DNA of 64,000 nucleotides from Williopsis jadinii (Eukaryota), in the NCBI GenBank assembly GCA_024346625.1, contig AP024664.1, positions 682,001-746,000 on the forward strand, in the 5' to 3' direction. The notes beneath the pieces are model-generated. The model saw only the letters and a program-made list of their open reading frames with translations. It did no database searches and was not told the origin of the DNA. The position numbers and the translations under genes are program-made. Below, piece by piece: positions 45,450 to 55,721 of this stretch; the stretch's first letter is position 1, and each line of letters opens with the position of its first letter.

Positions 45450-46919
45450 ATGGGTGAATCCGTACTGAAAAGCGTTGAAACGTCGGCCTATTCGCTGAGC
45501 GTCGTTCTGAAGGACCCCAGACCGCTTTTATACCACCCACAGCGCAAGTTTTACACTTACAACGACTGTGTGGAGGGCCAAGTGCTGCTTGAGGTGACCA
45601 AGGATGTGGCTGTTAAGAACATCCAGGTGAAGGTGTGCGGGATGTCGCAGTGCACTGTAGCACGGGAGAGCAGATACTACGATGGCAATCAGTGGAGGAC
45701 CGAGAAGGAGACTGATACGGTGAACCATGAGGTGCTGTATGACGTTGAGACGGTGTTCCCGCCGCATAACGTTGTTGATGTTGCTGTTGCGGACAAGTTC
45801 ACGCTGACGAAGGGGACGTACCAGTACGGGTTCTCCCTCAGAATCCCGACACTGGCGCACTGTGGCGATGAGGATACGAGATTGCACTCGAACAGGTTCA
45901 CCTCGCCGTATGAGCGCCCTGACGATGAAGGTAAACATTGGACTGACCGCTCGCTACGCCACTTACAGGCACCTTTACCGCCTAACTTCAGTGCCGGCTG
46001 GGGGAACGAGGATCATGCTCTAATAACGTACCAGCTGAAGGTGTCCGTTCATAGAGCGGGCATGTTTGCATCCACTGGTCGGCTTGTTGTGCCGATTGAT
46101 ATCAGGCCGCCGGGCCCACCTTTGGATCATTACATTTCAAGAATAGCGCTTTCAAGGTTCTCCCAGACAAAGCTGATTGATACTATATACCAGGGAGAAC
46201 AGGCCCTTTCAAAGAGACAAAGAATGAAGGATTGGTTCCGTAATACAGAAAAGAGACCACCAACAAAGCTAAGGTTGAAACTCTTCACGAAACCTCTCAT
46301 TGTGCCTTCAATGCACAACTTCCAGTTGTACCTGCTTACATCACACACTCTGGGAGACTTTATGAAGGAGGTGCCAGTGATATTCCTGAGGTATTTAGAG
46401 ATAACACTGGTTCAAAAAGTTGATCTTTGGGCGAGAACTTTCAACGATACGTTCTTTCACAACAATGTACTGGTGAAGTCCTCGGAGTCCAGGGAGATTC
46501 TCATGGTGGATGCTGTTTCAGTGAAAGATGAAGGCATGTTCAAATCACAAATTGACTTATCGCATCTGTTGAACGAGGTGAATCTTGAATCAATTCCACC
46601 TTCTTTCACAACGTGTAACATTGGAGTGACATATGATCTCAAAGTTGCGATGAAGTTTAGCAGTTCATCAGATAGTTGGTTCTCTGATATCGAAAGCTTT
46701 GAAATGCTGGTTGGTGTGACAGTGGCCGGACCTCTGGTGGAGGCTGGTGAACTCAACTCTGAGCCATTGGAGCTCTCTGAAGATGTGCCACAGGCACAGT
46801 TCATGGGAACAGTTAAAGAGCAGGGAGATGGTCTTATTCGCACAGGAACCAACTGTTCCAAGTGGTCAAGTGGTTATAACGAGAAGGATAAGAGTCCACC
46901 ACCAGCGTATGAGGTTTGA
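45450..46919 (+). CDS. Alpha-arrestin, Art10-like, copy 1
   Basis: FYTYNDCVEGQVLL..VKNIQVKVCG, VFPPHNV, GTYQYGFSLRIP, PLPP, ITYQLKVSVHR, PSFTTCNI; C-terminal PPPAY. Confidence 0.88.
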   Translation: MGESVLKSVETSAYSLSVVLKDPRPLLYHPQRKFYTYNDCVEGQVLLEVTKDVAVKNIQVKVCGMSQCTVARESRYYDGNQWRTEKETDTVNHEVLYDVETVFPPHNVVDVAVADKFTLTKGTYQYGFSLRIPTLAHCGDEDTRLHSNRFTSPYERPDDEGKHWTDRSLRHLQAPLPPNFSAGWGNEDHALITYQLKVSVHRAGMFASTGRLVVPIDIRPPGPPLDHYISRIALSRFSQTKLIDTIYQGEQALSKRQRMKDWFRNTEKRPPTKLRLKLFTKPLIVPSMHNFQLYLLTSHTLGDFMKEVPVIFLRYLEITLVQKVDLWARTFNDTFFHNNVLVKSSESREILMVDAVSVKDEGMFKSQIDLSHLLNEVNLESIPPSFTTCNIGVTYDLKVAMKFSSSSDSWFSDIESFEMLVGVTVAGPLVEAGELNSEPLELSEDVPQAQFMGTVKEQGDGLIRTGTNCSKWSSGYNEKDKSPPPAYEV

Positions 46920-47512
46920 AACGAGAGAGAGAGCTTCCATTGTATGGACATGCAGTGTAAGAACTAAAGATTGTGTAACGGGTAAATGGTCTGGACTGAA
47001 TATGTATGCTGCAGTTAATAAGTTGGTTCTAACGGTCTATTCACTTGTGAGTGCAATAACTATACATTGTATTGTATAAGAGGATTACTATGGGATTCAA
47101 GCAGACTCATGTTAGCAACAATATCGATTGAGACACTAGTCAAGGCTATGAATGCCTAATATCTTTACAGCGAATAAACTTGTCTTGTCAGAAATTCCAA
47201 CCCACAACGTCAGTGTGACTGTAGAACAACACCACGTGTATTCTAAGAGGGTTTTCCATTAAAATTTAGGGCAATTAACTGCGATGAAGTTAAGCCTTTT
47301 AAAATATTCACCGTTAGCTCCCTTGAACAAGGGAACACACCATAAAAGCCTGGGCTTATGGTTATATAAAAGTGACGTAACCCATTCTCTGGGATGTATT
47401 GAACAAGAGATAAGAGACGTCTATAGTAAGACTTAAATACTCAGAACCTAATCAGCCTGGTTTATTGGTTAGTTATAACGACGTGTGGAGTCTTTTCTTT
47501 CTTCTAGGACCA

Positions 47513-48781
47513 ATGGAATTGGAAAACACAATTTGCAAGCCAAATTATCTCTTAAGGGTGGTTTTGAAACAAAATAGGCCATTGAGTGACTCTCCAAAGA
47601 GAGGCCTCTACACATATGGCGAAACTATTCAAGGTAAGCTAATCCTTACAACATTTGGTATGGTTTCTGTTAGGTGTCTTCAGGTTGAGTTACAAGAGGC
47701 ATCGCAGCACTCAGATTCAGCATCTCAAGCGGAATCGCAGCTCAAATCAGAAGAAGATTCCATTACATATCTGAACCTGGATACCGACATACCAGCACAT
47801 GAGTTCTTTAAAGAAGTTCAAACGGTGTTTCCGCTTGAAAACGATATCGAGAGTAGAGCACTTGATGGTGACTATGAGTTTGGATTTTCCTTGAAGATCC
47901 CAGATCTCATAAACTATGACAATAATGATATAGAGACGCCTTCAGATCAGCTCAGTTTCTATTCTGATTATCAGGTCTCTCCTCTTTGTGAGGATGATGA
48001 GCAGCTTTTCCATCTACCGTTGGAGTTACTGTTACCATCAAATATCCAAGATGATGATTGTGAAGATGAGGATAATCTACAAGCGAAGTATGAGCTTTGG
48101 GTGACATTACGAGAAGACGAGTCCGAAGAGTATGGAGAAACATCAATACCAATTACAATCAGAGTACCGGGATTATCTATGGAACACCATCTTTATGGAC
48201 CGTGGCCTGTACAGACCTCCAAAGTTCAGAGTCTTAAAGTACCATTTGTAGAGCAGACAGATACAAAAGGTTGTAGCTGGATCCAACGTGCTCTGAAGAA
48301 AAGGTGTCTAGATCTGAAATTGGTCTTCCATATTGAACCGGCTACTACCACATCGACAAAGAACTTCAAGCTTTTTCTACACACAACACAGGATCTTGAT
48401 GAAGGAGCCAACGTACCATCGATCTATATGAGATCAAGTGACCTGCAATTGACCCAAAACATTGAATGCATACCCAAGGCTACAACTGAAGAGACGATAT
48501 CAAGAAAGACATCTAGTTGGCACAGATCTTCACAGACCAGAGAGCTGGCCTGGAGCACTGCGGAGCCTCTGGCTAACGACGGGGTGTTCAAATCACGTAT
48601 TGATCTATCGTATTTATTGAGCAATATAGAAGTTGAAGAGCCGCAATCTTCATTTCACGTTCAGAGTACGTCACAGGTCTATGAGTTATCTATAACATTG
48701 AAGTTCAGTGCTTCACCAGACAGCTGGATTGCAACGTCTAAGAAGTTACATATATGCACCGATGTTGTCCTTAGCTCCTGA
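47513..48781 (+). CDS. Alpha-arrestin, Art10-like, copy 2 (diverged, acidic, no PY tail)
   Basis: LYTYGETIQGKLIL, QTVFP, GDYEFGFSLKIP, GVFKSRIDLSYLL, SPDSW align to copies 1 and 4. Confidence 0.8.
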   Translation: MELENTICKPNYLLRVVLKQNRPLSDSPKRGLYTYGETIQGKLILTTFGMVSVRCLQVELQEASQHSDSASQAESQLKSEEDSITYLNLDTDIPAHEFFKEVQTVFPLENDIESRALDGDYEFGFSLKIPDLINYDNNDIETPSDQLSFYSDYQVSPLCEDDEQLFHLPLELLLPSNIQDDDCEDEDNLQAKYELWVTLREDESEEYGETSIPITIRVPGLSMEHHLYGPWPVQTSKVQSLKVPFVEQTDTKGCSWIQRALKKRCLDLKLVFHIEPATTTSTKNFKLFLHTTQDLDEGANVPSIYMRSSDLQLTQNIECIPKATTEETISRKTSSWHRSSQTRELAWSTAEPLANDGVFKSRIDLSYLLSNIEVEEPQSSFHVQSTSQVYELSITLKFSASPDSWIATSKKLHICTDVVLSS

Positions 48782-49003
48782 AACAGCAGCCTGCTACGTG
48801 AAGGGAGCCCACTAATGTACAAGCTCCTGACAAGTTGTCATAGTATACGACTTTTGAGAACGGTTCATGCTGAAGGAATCGTAGGTTGCCATGATAAACA
48901 GAGGTTTTGGCAGAGGTTTTGGCAGAGCCCTCAGCAGCTGCTAGCACCGAGCCTCTCAAGGCCAAAACGCCAGTCTGCCGCAAAAAAGACATGCGTCGGG
49001 CTA

Positions 49004-49093
49004 CGCTTTCTGGCCACACACCGCTTTCTGGCCACACACCGCTTTCTGGCCACACACCGCTTTCTGGCCACACAACGCTTTCTGGCCACACAC
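49004..49093. repeat. 5 x 18 bp tandem repeat CGCTTTCTGGCCACACAC
   Basis: Read directly between arrestin copies 2 and 3. Confidence 0.95.
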
Positions 49094-49551
49094 AACCTTA
49101 CTAATGGCCCTAAGGGCGACGACCCGTTCGGATGACAAAACACCAAGCGCAAAGTGACATGTCTCGTGCTCATAGGCTTCCGAAAAGGTGCCATTTGCTG
49201 CTTGGACCAACGTCACACTTTGCATGGCTATGCAGCGATTACAAACGAGAGTGCGTGAGAGACGACGGTTGTTACAGTTAGGATTTAAGGTCTATGACAC
49301 ATTAATCTCGTACGTCAGAAAGTCTAACGCTACTAGTGGCCATATGGCGTATGAGGGTGTGTGAGATGGAACTCTATATACATACTGATGCATGAGACAT
49401 ATTGAGAGAGGTGTACAGCGAGAGCGTAGCGATGAGTGTATAGATGCGTGTAGGCCAAATAGGAATGTGTATATAAGAAGTGCTCGGTATGCTCTTTTCA
49501 GTTGGTTGGCATGTGATGGTCCATGCGTGACTGTGATAGAACAAAGCACTA

Positions 49552-50913
49552 ATGTCATACTTTCCAAGCTATAAGCCAGTCATAACTTCAAGCTTCCAAC
49601 TCCAGTTGTTCTTGCTCAAGAGGAGTGAAACTAGCACGGGGCTGGCACGTTTGGGCAACCCAATTGAAGGTAAAGTGGACTTGAAAGTACTCCAGGATTT
49701 GTCAATCAGCACCATAGAAGTTGCAATAAGCGGTAGATCAGAGACAAGGATCCACAGGACCATCCTGTCCGTTCCCCTGGGGAGAGCTGAAGTTGGGAAA
49801 CAGACTCTGCTACACAATTCGGTAGTGCTATTCCCAGGAGGAGAGCAAGAGCCATCTTCGTCCACCACTTTGAAACCTGGTGATTACCAGTTCAACTTCT
49901 CCATTAACTTCCCTGCCTTTATGGCTAATCCACACGATGAGCAGATGATATATGATGACCACTATCCAACATGTATGTCAAGTTTGGCACATAACTCCAT
50001 GATTCCACCGAGTTTCCACATCTCTGAACTCACCGACAAGTTGAGCATCGCTTATGAGTTGAAAGTCACCTTGAGTCGTCCCGAGAGGTTCCATTCAAAT
50101 GCTAGGATAGTTGTGCCAATAAACATGGCACATGTTCGTCGTGATACAAGTTCTGAACAACAGAACCTTCACACACTACGTGAAATGATCACGAGCACTA
50201 AAGCCATTGGAGCTAGGTTGCAGACTGATCCGGAATTGACCAAGAAGGACAGATTGTGTGCTCTGTTCAGGCCACTGGGAGGAAGCTCGAATGTTGAGAT
50301 GAGGTTGAAATTCTCGAGCCCTGAGAGTATACTTCTCAACACGAGACCCAAGCTTGCACTGGCTCTAGAGACTTCCATTGATAGCGAGCTCAAACCATTC
50401 CCACTGTTGTATATACGGTCCTTTGAGATCAAGTTGTTGTCGAGAACAGAGGTTCACACGCAGAACCTTAGCCACTCTTACGACAAGAGTGTGTCGTTGC
50501 TAAGCCTGACTGCTCTTATGGAGATTCCAGCGTGGAGGCTGAGAAGATTAGAGCCACACAACGATGGCTTCAAATCGGAGCTGGAACTTTCGAATTTAAC
50601 GGATGGTGAGATGTTTCCAGAGATTAGAGCCATACCCAGCTTCGCCATTGGCAACGTTAGACATAGCCATTTCATCCAGGTGTGTATCAAAGTTACAAAT
50701 GGTGACAATCCGCTTGCGTCAAGCAGTGAGGTCATTCAAGCAATGCAACCAGTTTTGATACTCGGGGGCTCTTCCCGTTCCAAAGATCAAATCTTGACAG
50801 ATGAAATGCCGATTGACAAGAGGAATCAAAGTTCAATTACAAGGATTGACCTTGAGGAGTATCTCCAATGCTATTCTGATGAGGAGCAGTTTCTGCCTCG
50901 ATACGAGGAGTGA
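49552..50913 (+). CDS. Alpha-arrestin, Art10-like, copy 3
   Basis: IEGKVDL..IEVAISGRSET, VLFP, LKPGDYQFNFSINFP, IPPSF, IAYELKVTLSRP, PSFAIGNV; C-terminal LPRY. Confidence 0.83.
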   Translation: MSYFPSYKPVITSSFQLQLFLLKRSETSTGLARLGNPIEGKVDLKVLQDLSISTIEVAISGRSETRIHRTILSVPLGRAEVGKQTLLHNSVVLFPGGEQEPSSSTTLKPGDYQFNFSINFPAFMANPHDEQMIYDDHYPTCMSSLAHNSMIPPSFHISELTDKLSIAYELKVTLSRPERFHSNARIVVPINMAHVRRDTSSEQQNLHTLREMITSTKAIGARLQTDPELTKKDRLCALFRPLGGSSNVEMRLKFSSPESILLNTRPKLALALETSIDSELKPFPLLYIRSFEIKLLSRTEVHTQNLSHSYDKSVSLLSLTALMEIPAWRLRRLEPHNDGFKSELELSNLTDGEMFPEIRAIPSFAIGNVRHSHFIQVCIKVTNGDNPLASSSEVIQAMQPVLILGGSSRSKDQILTDEMPIDKRNQSSITRIDLEEYLQCYSDEEQFLPRYEE

Positions 50914-51587
50914 GTCATCTACATCACAGGCAAGCTGAGGGGTGAGAGGTGGGGCAAACCTCTCTTCCAATCTTCACTGGTACACGGGGCTTGTGTTGAT
51001 TGAGCAAGGTATCGCAATTGTTTTTACCTTTATGTAAGTGTCGTGCATGTTGATGTTGAGTGTAACGTTATTAGCCGTTGAGGAGCGTTTCAGTGCATCT
51101 GTCAGCGTTCTTCTTTTGACGGCTCACCAATATTAATCCATAAAGCGAAAGCCATGCTCAGATAGCACTGTAAGCCCGTAGAAGCCATTTGCTAAGCGGC
51201 TACACACGCTTCCAGAAGTGAGCACTTTTACTGTGTTTCGCAGCCAGAGCGCTCATGCTCCAGCGGTGAAGGCCAGATAAGGCTGAGCGTAGCTGAAGCG
51301 GAGCACCGCCGCTTCACCACCGCTCATGCGATCCAAAATTGCACTGGGCCCGAATTCCAGCCTACAGCGAGCAAACAAACAACAACAAGCTGATAGTGTT
51401 GTGGTTTCCTTTGGTTCTGTTACCAAAGCGACGCGTGAACTCAACCAGGGCGACACCACGTACTGAGAAGCATCCGTCATCGGCCGAAGGAGTGGGCTTT
51501 GATCTGGTGGTAGTATCTTATCTTGCAAGCGTGCAACAGGCCGGTGGTAGATCAGAGAACGAAAACAAGGACAGATACGCCGTTGTG

Positions 51588-52985
51588 ATGACGAACCGCC
51601 CTGAGAACAAGAGCTCTCGCAGTGCAACTGCTAGCACGTCTGACTTTACCGTGGATGTCTGTCTCAAAGAGCCTAAAAGGATAGAGTCTATACCTCAGAG
51701 AACGTACTACACGTATAACGGCACGGTTGAGGGCCATGTGAAGTTGAAGGTGACAAACCCCGTATCTGTGAGGAACATTCAGGTGAAATTAGCGGGAGTA
51801 TCAGAAACAAGGCTAAGCCAAAATGTTGAGGTGTTAACGTCCAATCTGAGGCGAGAGGTTGAGAAGTTGAGGCACCAGCTATTGTACGACCTCGTCACCG
51901 TGTTCCCACCTCAAAATGTTGCCAGTGTGTCTAAGAACGACAAGTTCACTTTGATCCCAGGGGAGTACACATATGACTTTGCGCTGAAGATCCCGTTCTT
52001 GTCTCACTGTGGAGATGAAGAAACCAAGAAGCACTCAAATGTGTACACATCTCCTTATGAGGCACAGGATAGGGAGAAGCTTGAGTGCCGTCGATGTGAG
52101 ACTCGTCACCTTGAAGAGCCATTACCACCCTGTTTGGACGTTAACAGAATTAGAGAAACTGCAAGGATCACCTATCAGCTGAAGGTATCAGTTCACCGTC
52201 CGGGAATGCTGACAACCACAACAAGGGCTATCGTGCCTCTGATGTTCAGACCACCTGGACCGACCCTCAGTTTGTTCAGGAATTCTCCCTTCATGGAAGA
52301 GGTTTCACCAGTACGAACGCTAAAGGCAAGGTTACAGGGTGAGCCGGTACCTCTAAAGAGGGAGAGATTCCGTGAGATGTTTTCATCAACTACAAAAAGA
52401 CAGACCGTGGATACGAGATTGAAGCTGTTCTACAAACCCACACTGGTTCCATATCAGAATAACGTACAACTCATGCTACAGACCTCTGTGAACAGTGACA
52501 TGAAACCTCCTCCCGTCTTGTACCTGAAATCAATTGAGGTGGTGTTGGTGCAGAAGCTAGTTATATACACACAGACGTTTATCCAGATGGTTGAACAAGA
52601 TCAACGGTTGTTGAAATCTACAGAGACCAGATTACTATCAATGCCAGGTGCGACAAAGATGAAGGAAGAGACCGGTAAGTTTAAATCAGAGATAGACCTA
52701 ACGGAGTCACTGAAGGACATATCGCTGGATCGATTCACTCCATCTTTCAGGACGTGTAATGTGATGTTGAGCCATAAACTACGTGTTGTCGTGAACGTAA
52801 GTGGTATCGAGGATAGCTGGTTTTCTGCCGGCGAGTCGATGAAGATCGAAGTCCCTGTTGCTCTTAGTGGTGAGCTCGTCACAGAAGATGAGCTCACAGA
52901 GATGATCGGAGAGTCATACATAGACTCACCTCTTTATCACATCCATTCAACTGAAGAGGAACAACTACCAGAGTACGAGCAATGA
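51588..52985 (+). CDS. Alpha-arrestin, Art10-like, copy 4
   Basis: YYTYNGTVEGHVKL..VRNIQVKLAGVSET, VFPPQNV, PGEYTYDFALKIP, PLPP, ITYQLKVSVHRP, PSFRTCNV; C-terminal LPEY. Confidence 0.88.
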   Translation: MTNRPENKSSRSATASTSDFTVDVCLKEPKRIESIPQRTYYTYNGTVEGHVKLKVTNPVSVRNIQVKLAGVSETRLSQNVEVLTSNLRREVEKLRHQLLYDLVTVFPPQNVASVSKNDKFTLIPGEYTYDFALKIPFLSHCGDEETKKHSNVYTSPYEAQDREKLECRRCETRHLEEPLPPCLDVNRIRETARITYQLKVSVHRPGMLTTTTRAIVPLMFRPPGPTLSLFRNSPFMEEVSPVRTLKARLQGEPVPLKRERFREMFSSTTKRQTVDTRLKLFYKPTLVPYQNNVQLMLQTSVNSDMKPPPVLYLKSIEVVLVQKLVIYTQTFIQMVEQDQRLLKSTETRLLSMPGATKMKEETGKFKSEIDLTESLKDISLDRFTPSFRTCNVMLSHKLRVVVNVSGIEDSWFSAGESMKIEVPVALSGELVTEDELTEMIGESYIDSPLYHIHSTEEEQLPEYEQ

Positions 52986-52997
52986 CCAAGTATAATC

Positions 52998-53104
52998 ATC
53001 ACGTGACATATCATCCATGATCACGTGATGTTTGTTTACATTTCATTCTGTAGGGCGAAACACCGCGTTAAAATCCATCTTCCTTTGTTTTGGTGTAAAC
53101 AAAC
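52998..53104. promoter_or_regulatory. KRE28 promoter: two TCACGTGA (Cbf1-type) and two forkhead GTAAACAAA sites
   Basis: ATCACGTGAC 52998, ATCACGTGAT 53020, TTTGTTTAC 53031, GTAAACAAA 53095. Confidence 0.6.
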
Positions 53105-53131
53105 GAACAGGAAAGTCATAATCAACCGTTC

Positions 53132-54196
53132 ATGATGTCGACACCGAGGGAGAAGATCCAGCAGCTTAGAGAGCAGAGCCAGCAAACAGAGGCCGCTAAA
53201 TCAAGGGAAACGTTGGGTGCTTCGTTAACGAGTCTTAGCTCGACGGCACCAGATTTGGCAGATCCAAGTCAGCTTGATGATATCGTCACTGGCTATACGG
53301 ATAGATTTGACAGATTGCAGTTCCTCTTTTTGGAGCAGGAGGCAAAGGAACAGTTCTTCAGGCTGGTACTGGAGCAGAACGACAAGATCATCGACCAGAG
53401 TGCGATCCTGGATGTAATGGAGAGGGCGAAGAAGTACAAAGCAGTGTTGGACGAGAAGGCAGCAAAGACACAAGCTACAACGCAGGAGATAAAGAGCGTT
53501 GCACAGACGTGGTTTTCTCTTTACAACAGGCTCGAGGAGGCACTGTTACAGTTAGAAGCGAACGAATTGTCGCTGAACGAGAAGAAAAGCGCCCATTTGG
53601 AGGAATTGACGAAACAAGCAGCACTGTACAAGGAGGATGACCCGACGGTTGAGACGTTGGCTAAGATGGATTTCCCAACGAAGGACTTACTTGTTATATC
53701 CAATGTTGAAAATACCATTAACGCCATTCACTCTCAACGGCTCAAGATCGAGGAAAGTCTCCGAGGCTTAAAGGAACGCGTTGATGCCACGAAACAGACG
53801 ATAAAGACTAACGAAGAGTATCGGGATAAATGCGAAGCTGAAGTGGCCAAACTGGACCAGATAATTGCAGATCTTCAACAGGTTAACAGTCAGTTGAGCT
53901 CTGAGCAAAAAGAGCTCGTCTCAAAGGAGAGCAGTTTGACGAAATTGATTGCAATTTGGTGTAACCTAACGCAGATTGATGACTTTAAAGTCGTTGATGA
54001 TGAAGTTGGCTTCAAATTTACAGAGTTTCCAGAGAATCACATCACTATGGGAGTACAAGGGGATAAATTAGTCTCTTTGCAGTGCAATGGCATTGATAAT
54101 ACACAGCTTCTGCGGATTGAAAACCTTGCTAAGAAGTCCAAGCATCCACTGTCGACAGCATTTGAAGAGGTGTACAAAGCACTGATCTCGTTATAG
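53132..54196 (+). CDS. KRE28: Kinetochore protein Kre28/Sos7 (Spc105 complex)
   Basis: LQFLFLEQEAKEQFFRLVL Sos7-type motif, long coiled coil; KRE28-CAB1-APA2 order and orientation as in S. cerevisiae. Confidence 0.78.
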   Translation: MMSTPREKIQQLREQSQQTEAAKSRETLGASLTSLSSTAPDLADPSQLDDIVTGYTDRFDRLQFLFLEQEAKEQFFRLVLEQNDKIIDQSAILDVMERAKKYKAVLDEKAAKTQATTQEIKSVAQTWFSLYNRLEEALLQLEANELSLNEKKSAHLEELTKQAALYKEDDPTVETLAKMDFPTKDLLVISNVENTINAIHSQRLKIEESLRGLKERVDATKQTIKTNEEYRDKCEAEVAKLDQIIADLQQVNSQLSSEQKELVSKESSLTKLIAIWCNLTQIDDFKVVDDEVGFKFTEFPENHITMGVQGDKLVSLQCNGIDNTQLLRIENLAKKSKHPLSTAFEEVYKALISL

Positions 54197-54341
54197 AATG
54201 ACATTTTGATTATTCTGTATACAAAAAGTGCTAGTGCGTGTGGTTATTTTCTCTTCATGTCTAATTACAAGTCAAATGATTAGCAAAAAGGAGATTCCAA
54301 TAAAACTGTTCTGTCGTTATCCAGCACGAATTGATCAATGT

Positions 54342-55721
54342 TCATGATTCCTCTTGAGTTTTATCTAATGAAAACGATTGCAGCCTCTCTTTGAAAAGCT
54401 TCCCGTCGAATACACCTGATGATGATGATGCTCTTCTCCCCCAGCCTGTCGGCTGTCTCTTGAGGAATGCACCGACTGCACCGAGATAGCCTTCATGTCT
54501 CAGGAAGTACGCCGTTTTCTCTCCTTGAGACCAGAAGTTGATGGCGTACGACAGCGTATGCATCGTCTGTGGATGTCCTCTGATGTAGGAACCTCCAAAG
54601 TATATGTGTTTCAAATTGTGAATCTTAGCCTGCAAGTATGCAATTTGTCCAATGTTATTTGAAATGGCGTATAACAGCGATCTGGATATGTCTTGAGGGT
54701 TGAAATGGCTCTTTCTCTCTTCACTGCTGTTGCCAAATTTGTTATTGAACACTTTACCAAAGGATGATGCGATGGTTGTCGATTTGAGCCCAATCTTGTT
54801 GTAATCTGTTCCATAGATGTCACCAACCAACATGTCAACGTTGGTGTTATCACCCTGGGCAGCGTTATCGAGCATTTCATCGTATGAAGAAGCATCTGTG
54901 AGTAGCGATAACAACCCCCACAGAGTACCACCTCCCAACGATGAGCCACCAACACGGGTGAACGTCGACGGTCCAGTGACTTTAATCATGGAGACTCCAG
55001 AGCCGATATTGACTAGGAGGTATGGATAAATCTCCTTCCTATCGTTGACAAACTGCATCGGGTTCTGTTCTGTGTACATGAATACCTCATTGGGTATCTC
55101 TGTGATGAAGAAGTCCAATCCAACAATCAGGCACTCCATTTCATCCTCCTTAGTAACATCAACGCCCAGGTCGGACTTCAGCTTGTCGTAAAACTTCACG
55201 CTTCCACCACCCGTGGCCATGATGTGGACCTTCTTTTTGTAGAACTTGATCAGCTTGTGGATGAACTGTATAAAGTCGTCAATCTTCTCTGTCTCAATCT
55301 TGTAGAAGTTCAAGCGGCCACCACGTAGCAGGTCAATCGACCCGTTCAGCGTTGTGCTCGAATCGTCCGAGTCCTCACAGTCGCTCGACGACTGAGACCC
55401 GTTGCCAGTAGGAGAATAGCTCAGTCTCTTCGTTATCTGCGGACCCAAGTCTTCTGTGCTGTTGTTGACACTTTCGTTGCTGGTGAAGTAGACAATCTTC
55501 GCCAACGACCCACCAATGTCCACGGCAATGTGTGAGATGTCGTGCGTCTGGAAAGGCAGCGCTATATCGCTTGTCTCGGGGATCTTACTCGAGTCCTCAT
55601 AGAGCACGTCGTCCACTATGAACGCACCTGTTGTCCTTATGAGAATGGAACCCGGATGCTGTATTGTTGTTTCCATGGCGTCCAGCGATGGAGAATGGGG
55701 TATTGAGGGCATTTTCTGCAT
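54342..55721 (-). CDS. CAB1: Type II pantothenate kinase
   Basis: AVDIGGSLAK, ATGGG, EDEMECLI.GL, YPYLLVNIGSGVS, GGSSLGGGTLWGL, FLRHEGYLGAVG. Confidence 0.95.
   Translation of the reverse strand: MQKMPSIPHSPSLDAMETTIQHPGSILIRTTGAFIVDDVLYEDSSKIPETSDIALPFQTHDISHIAVDIGGSLAKIVYFTSNESVNNSTEDLGPQITKRLSYSPTGNGSQSSSDCEDSDDSSTTLNGSIDLLRGGRLNFYKIETEKIDDFIQFIHKLIKFYKKKVHIMATGGGSVKFYDKLKSDLGVDVTKEDEMECLIVGLDFFITEIPNEVFMYTEQNPMQFVNDRKEIYPYLLVNIGSGVSMIKVTGPSTFTRVGGSSLGGGTLWGLLSLLTDASSYDEMLDNAAQGDNTNVDMLVGDIYGTDYNKIGLKSTTIASSFGKVFNNKFGNSSEERKSHFNPQDISRSLLYAISNNIGQIAYLQAKIHNLKHIYFGGSYIRGHPQTMHTLSYAINFWSQGEKTAYFLRHEGYLGAVGAFLKRQPTGWGRRASSSSGVFDGKLFKERLQSFSLDKTQEES

Noticed and set aside
47426..47507. Possible 5'-UTR intron before arrestin copy 2 (GTAAGA ... 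pyrimidine tract TAG)
   Set aside because: No convincing branch point at a suitable distance; cannot be supported without transcripts.
48771..49225. Overlapping ORFs with WPESGV, RFLATH or GQKAVC repeats
   Set aside because: They are translations of the 18 bp tandem repeat in several frames.
52998..53130. Point-centromere CDEI-like RTCACGTG elements
   Set aside because: No very AT-rich CDEII or CDEIII follows, and the interval is a short promoter.
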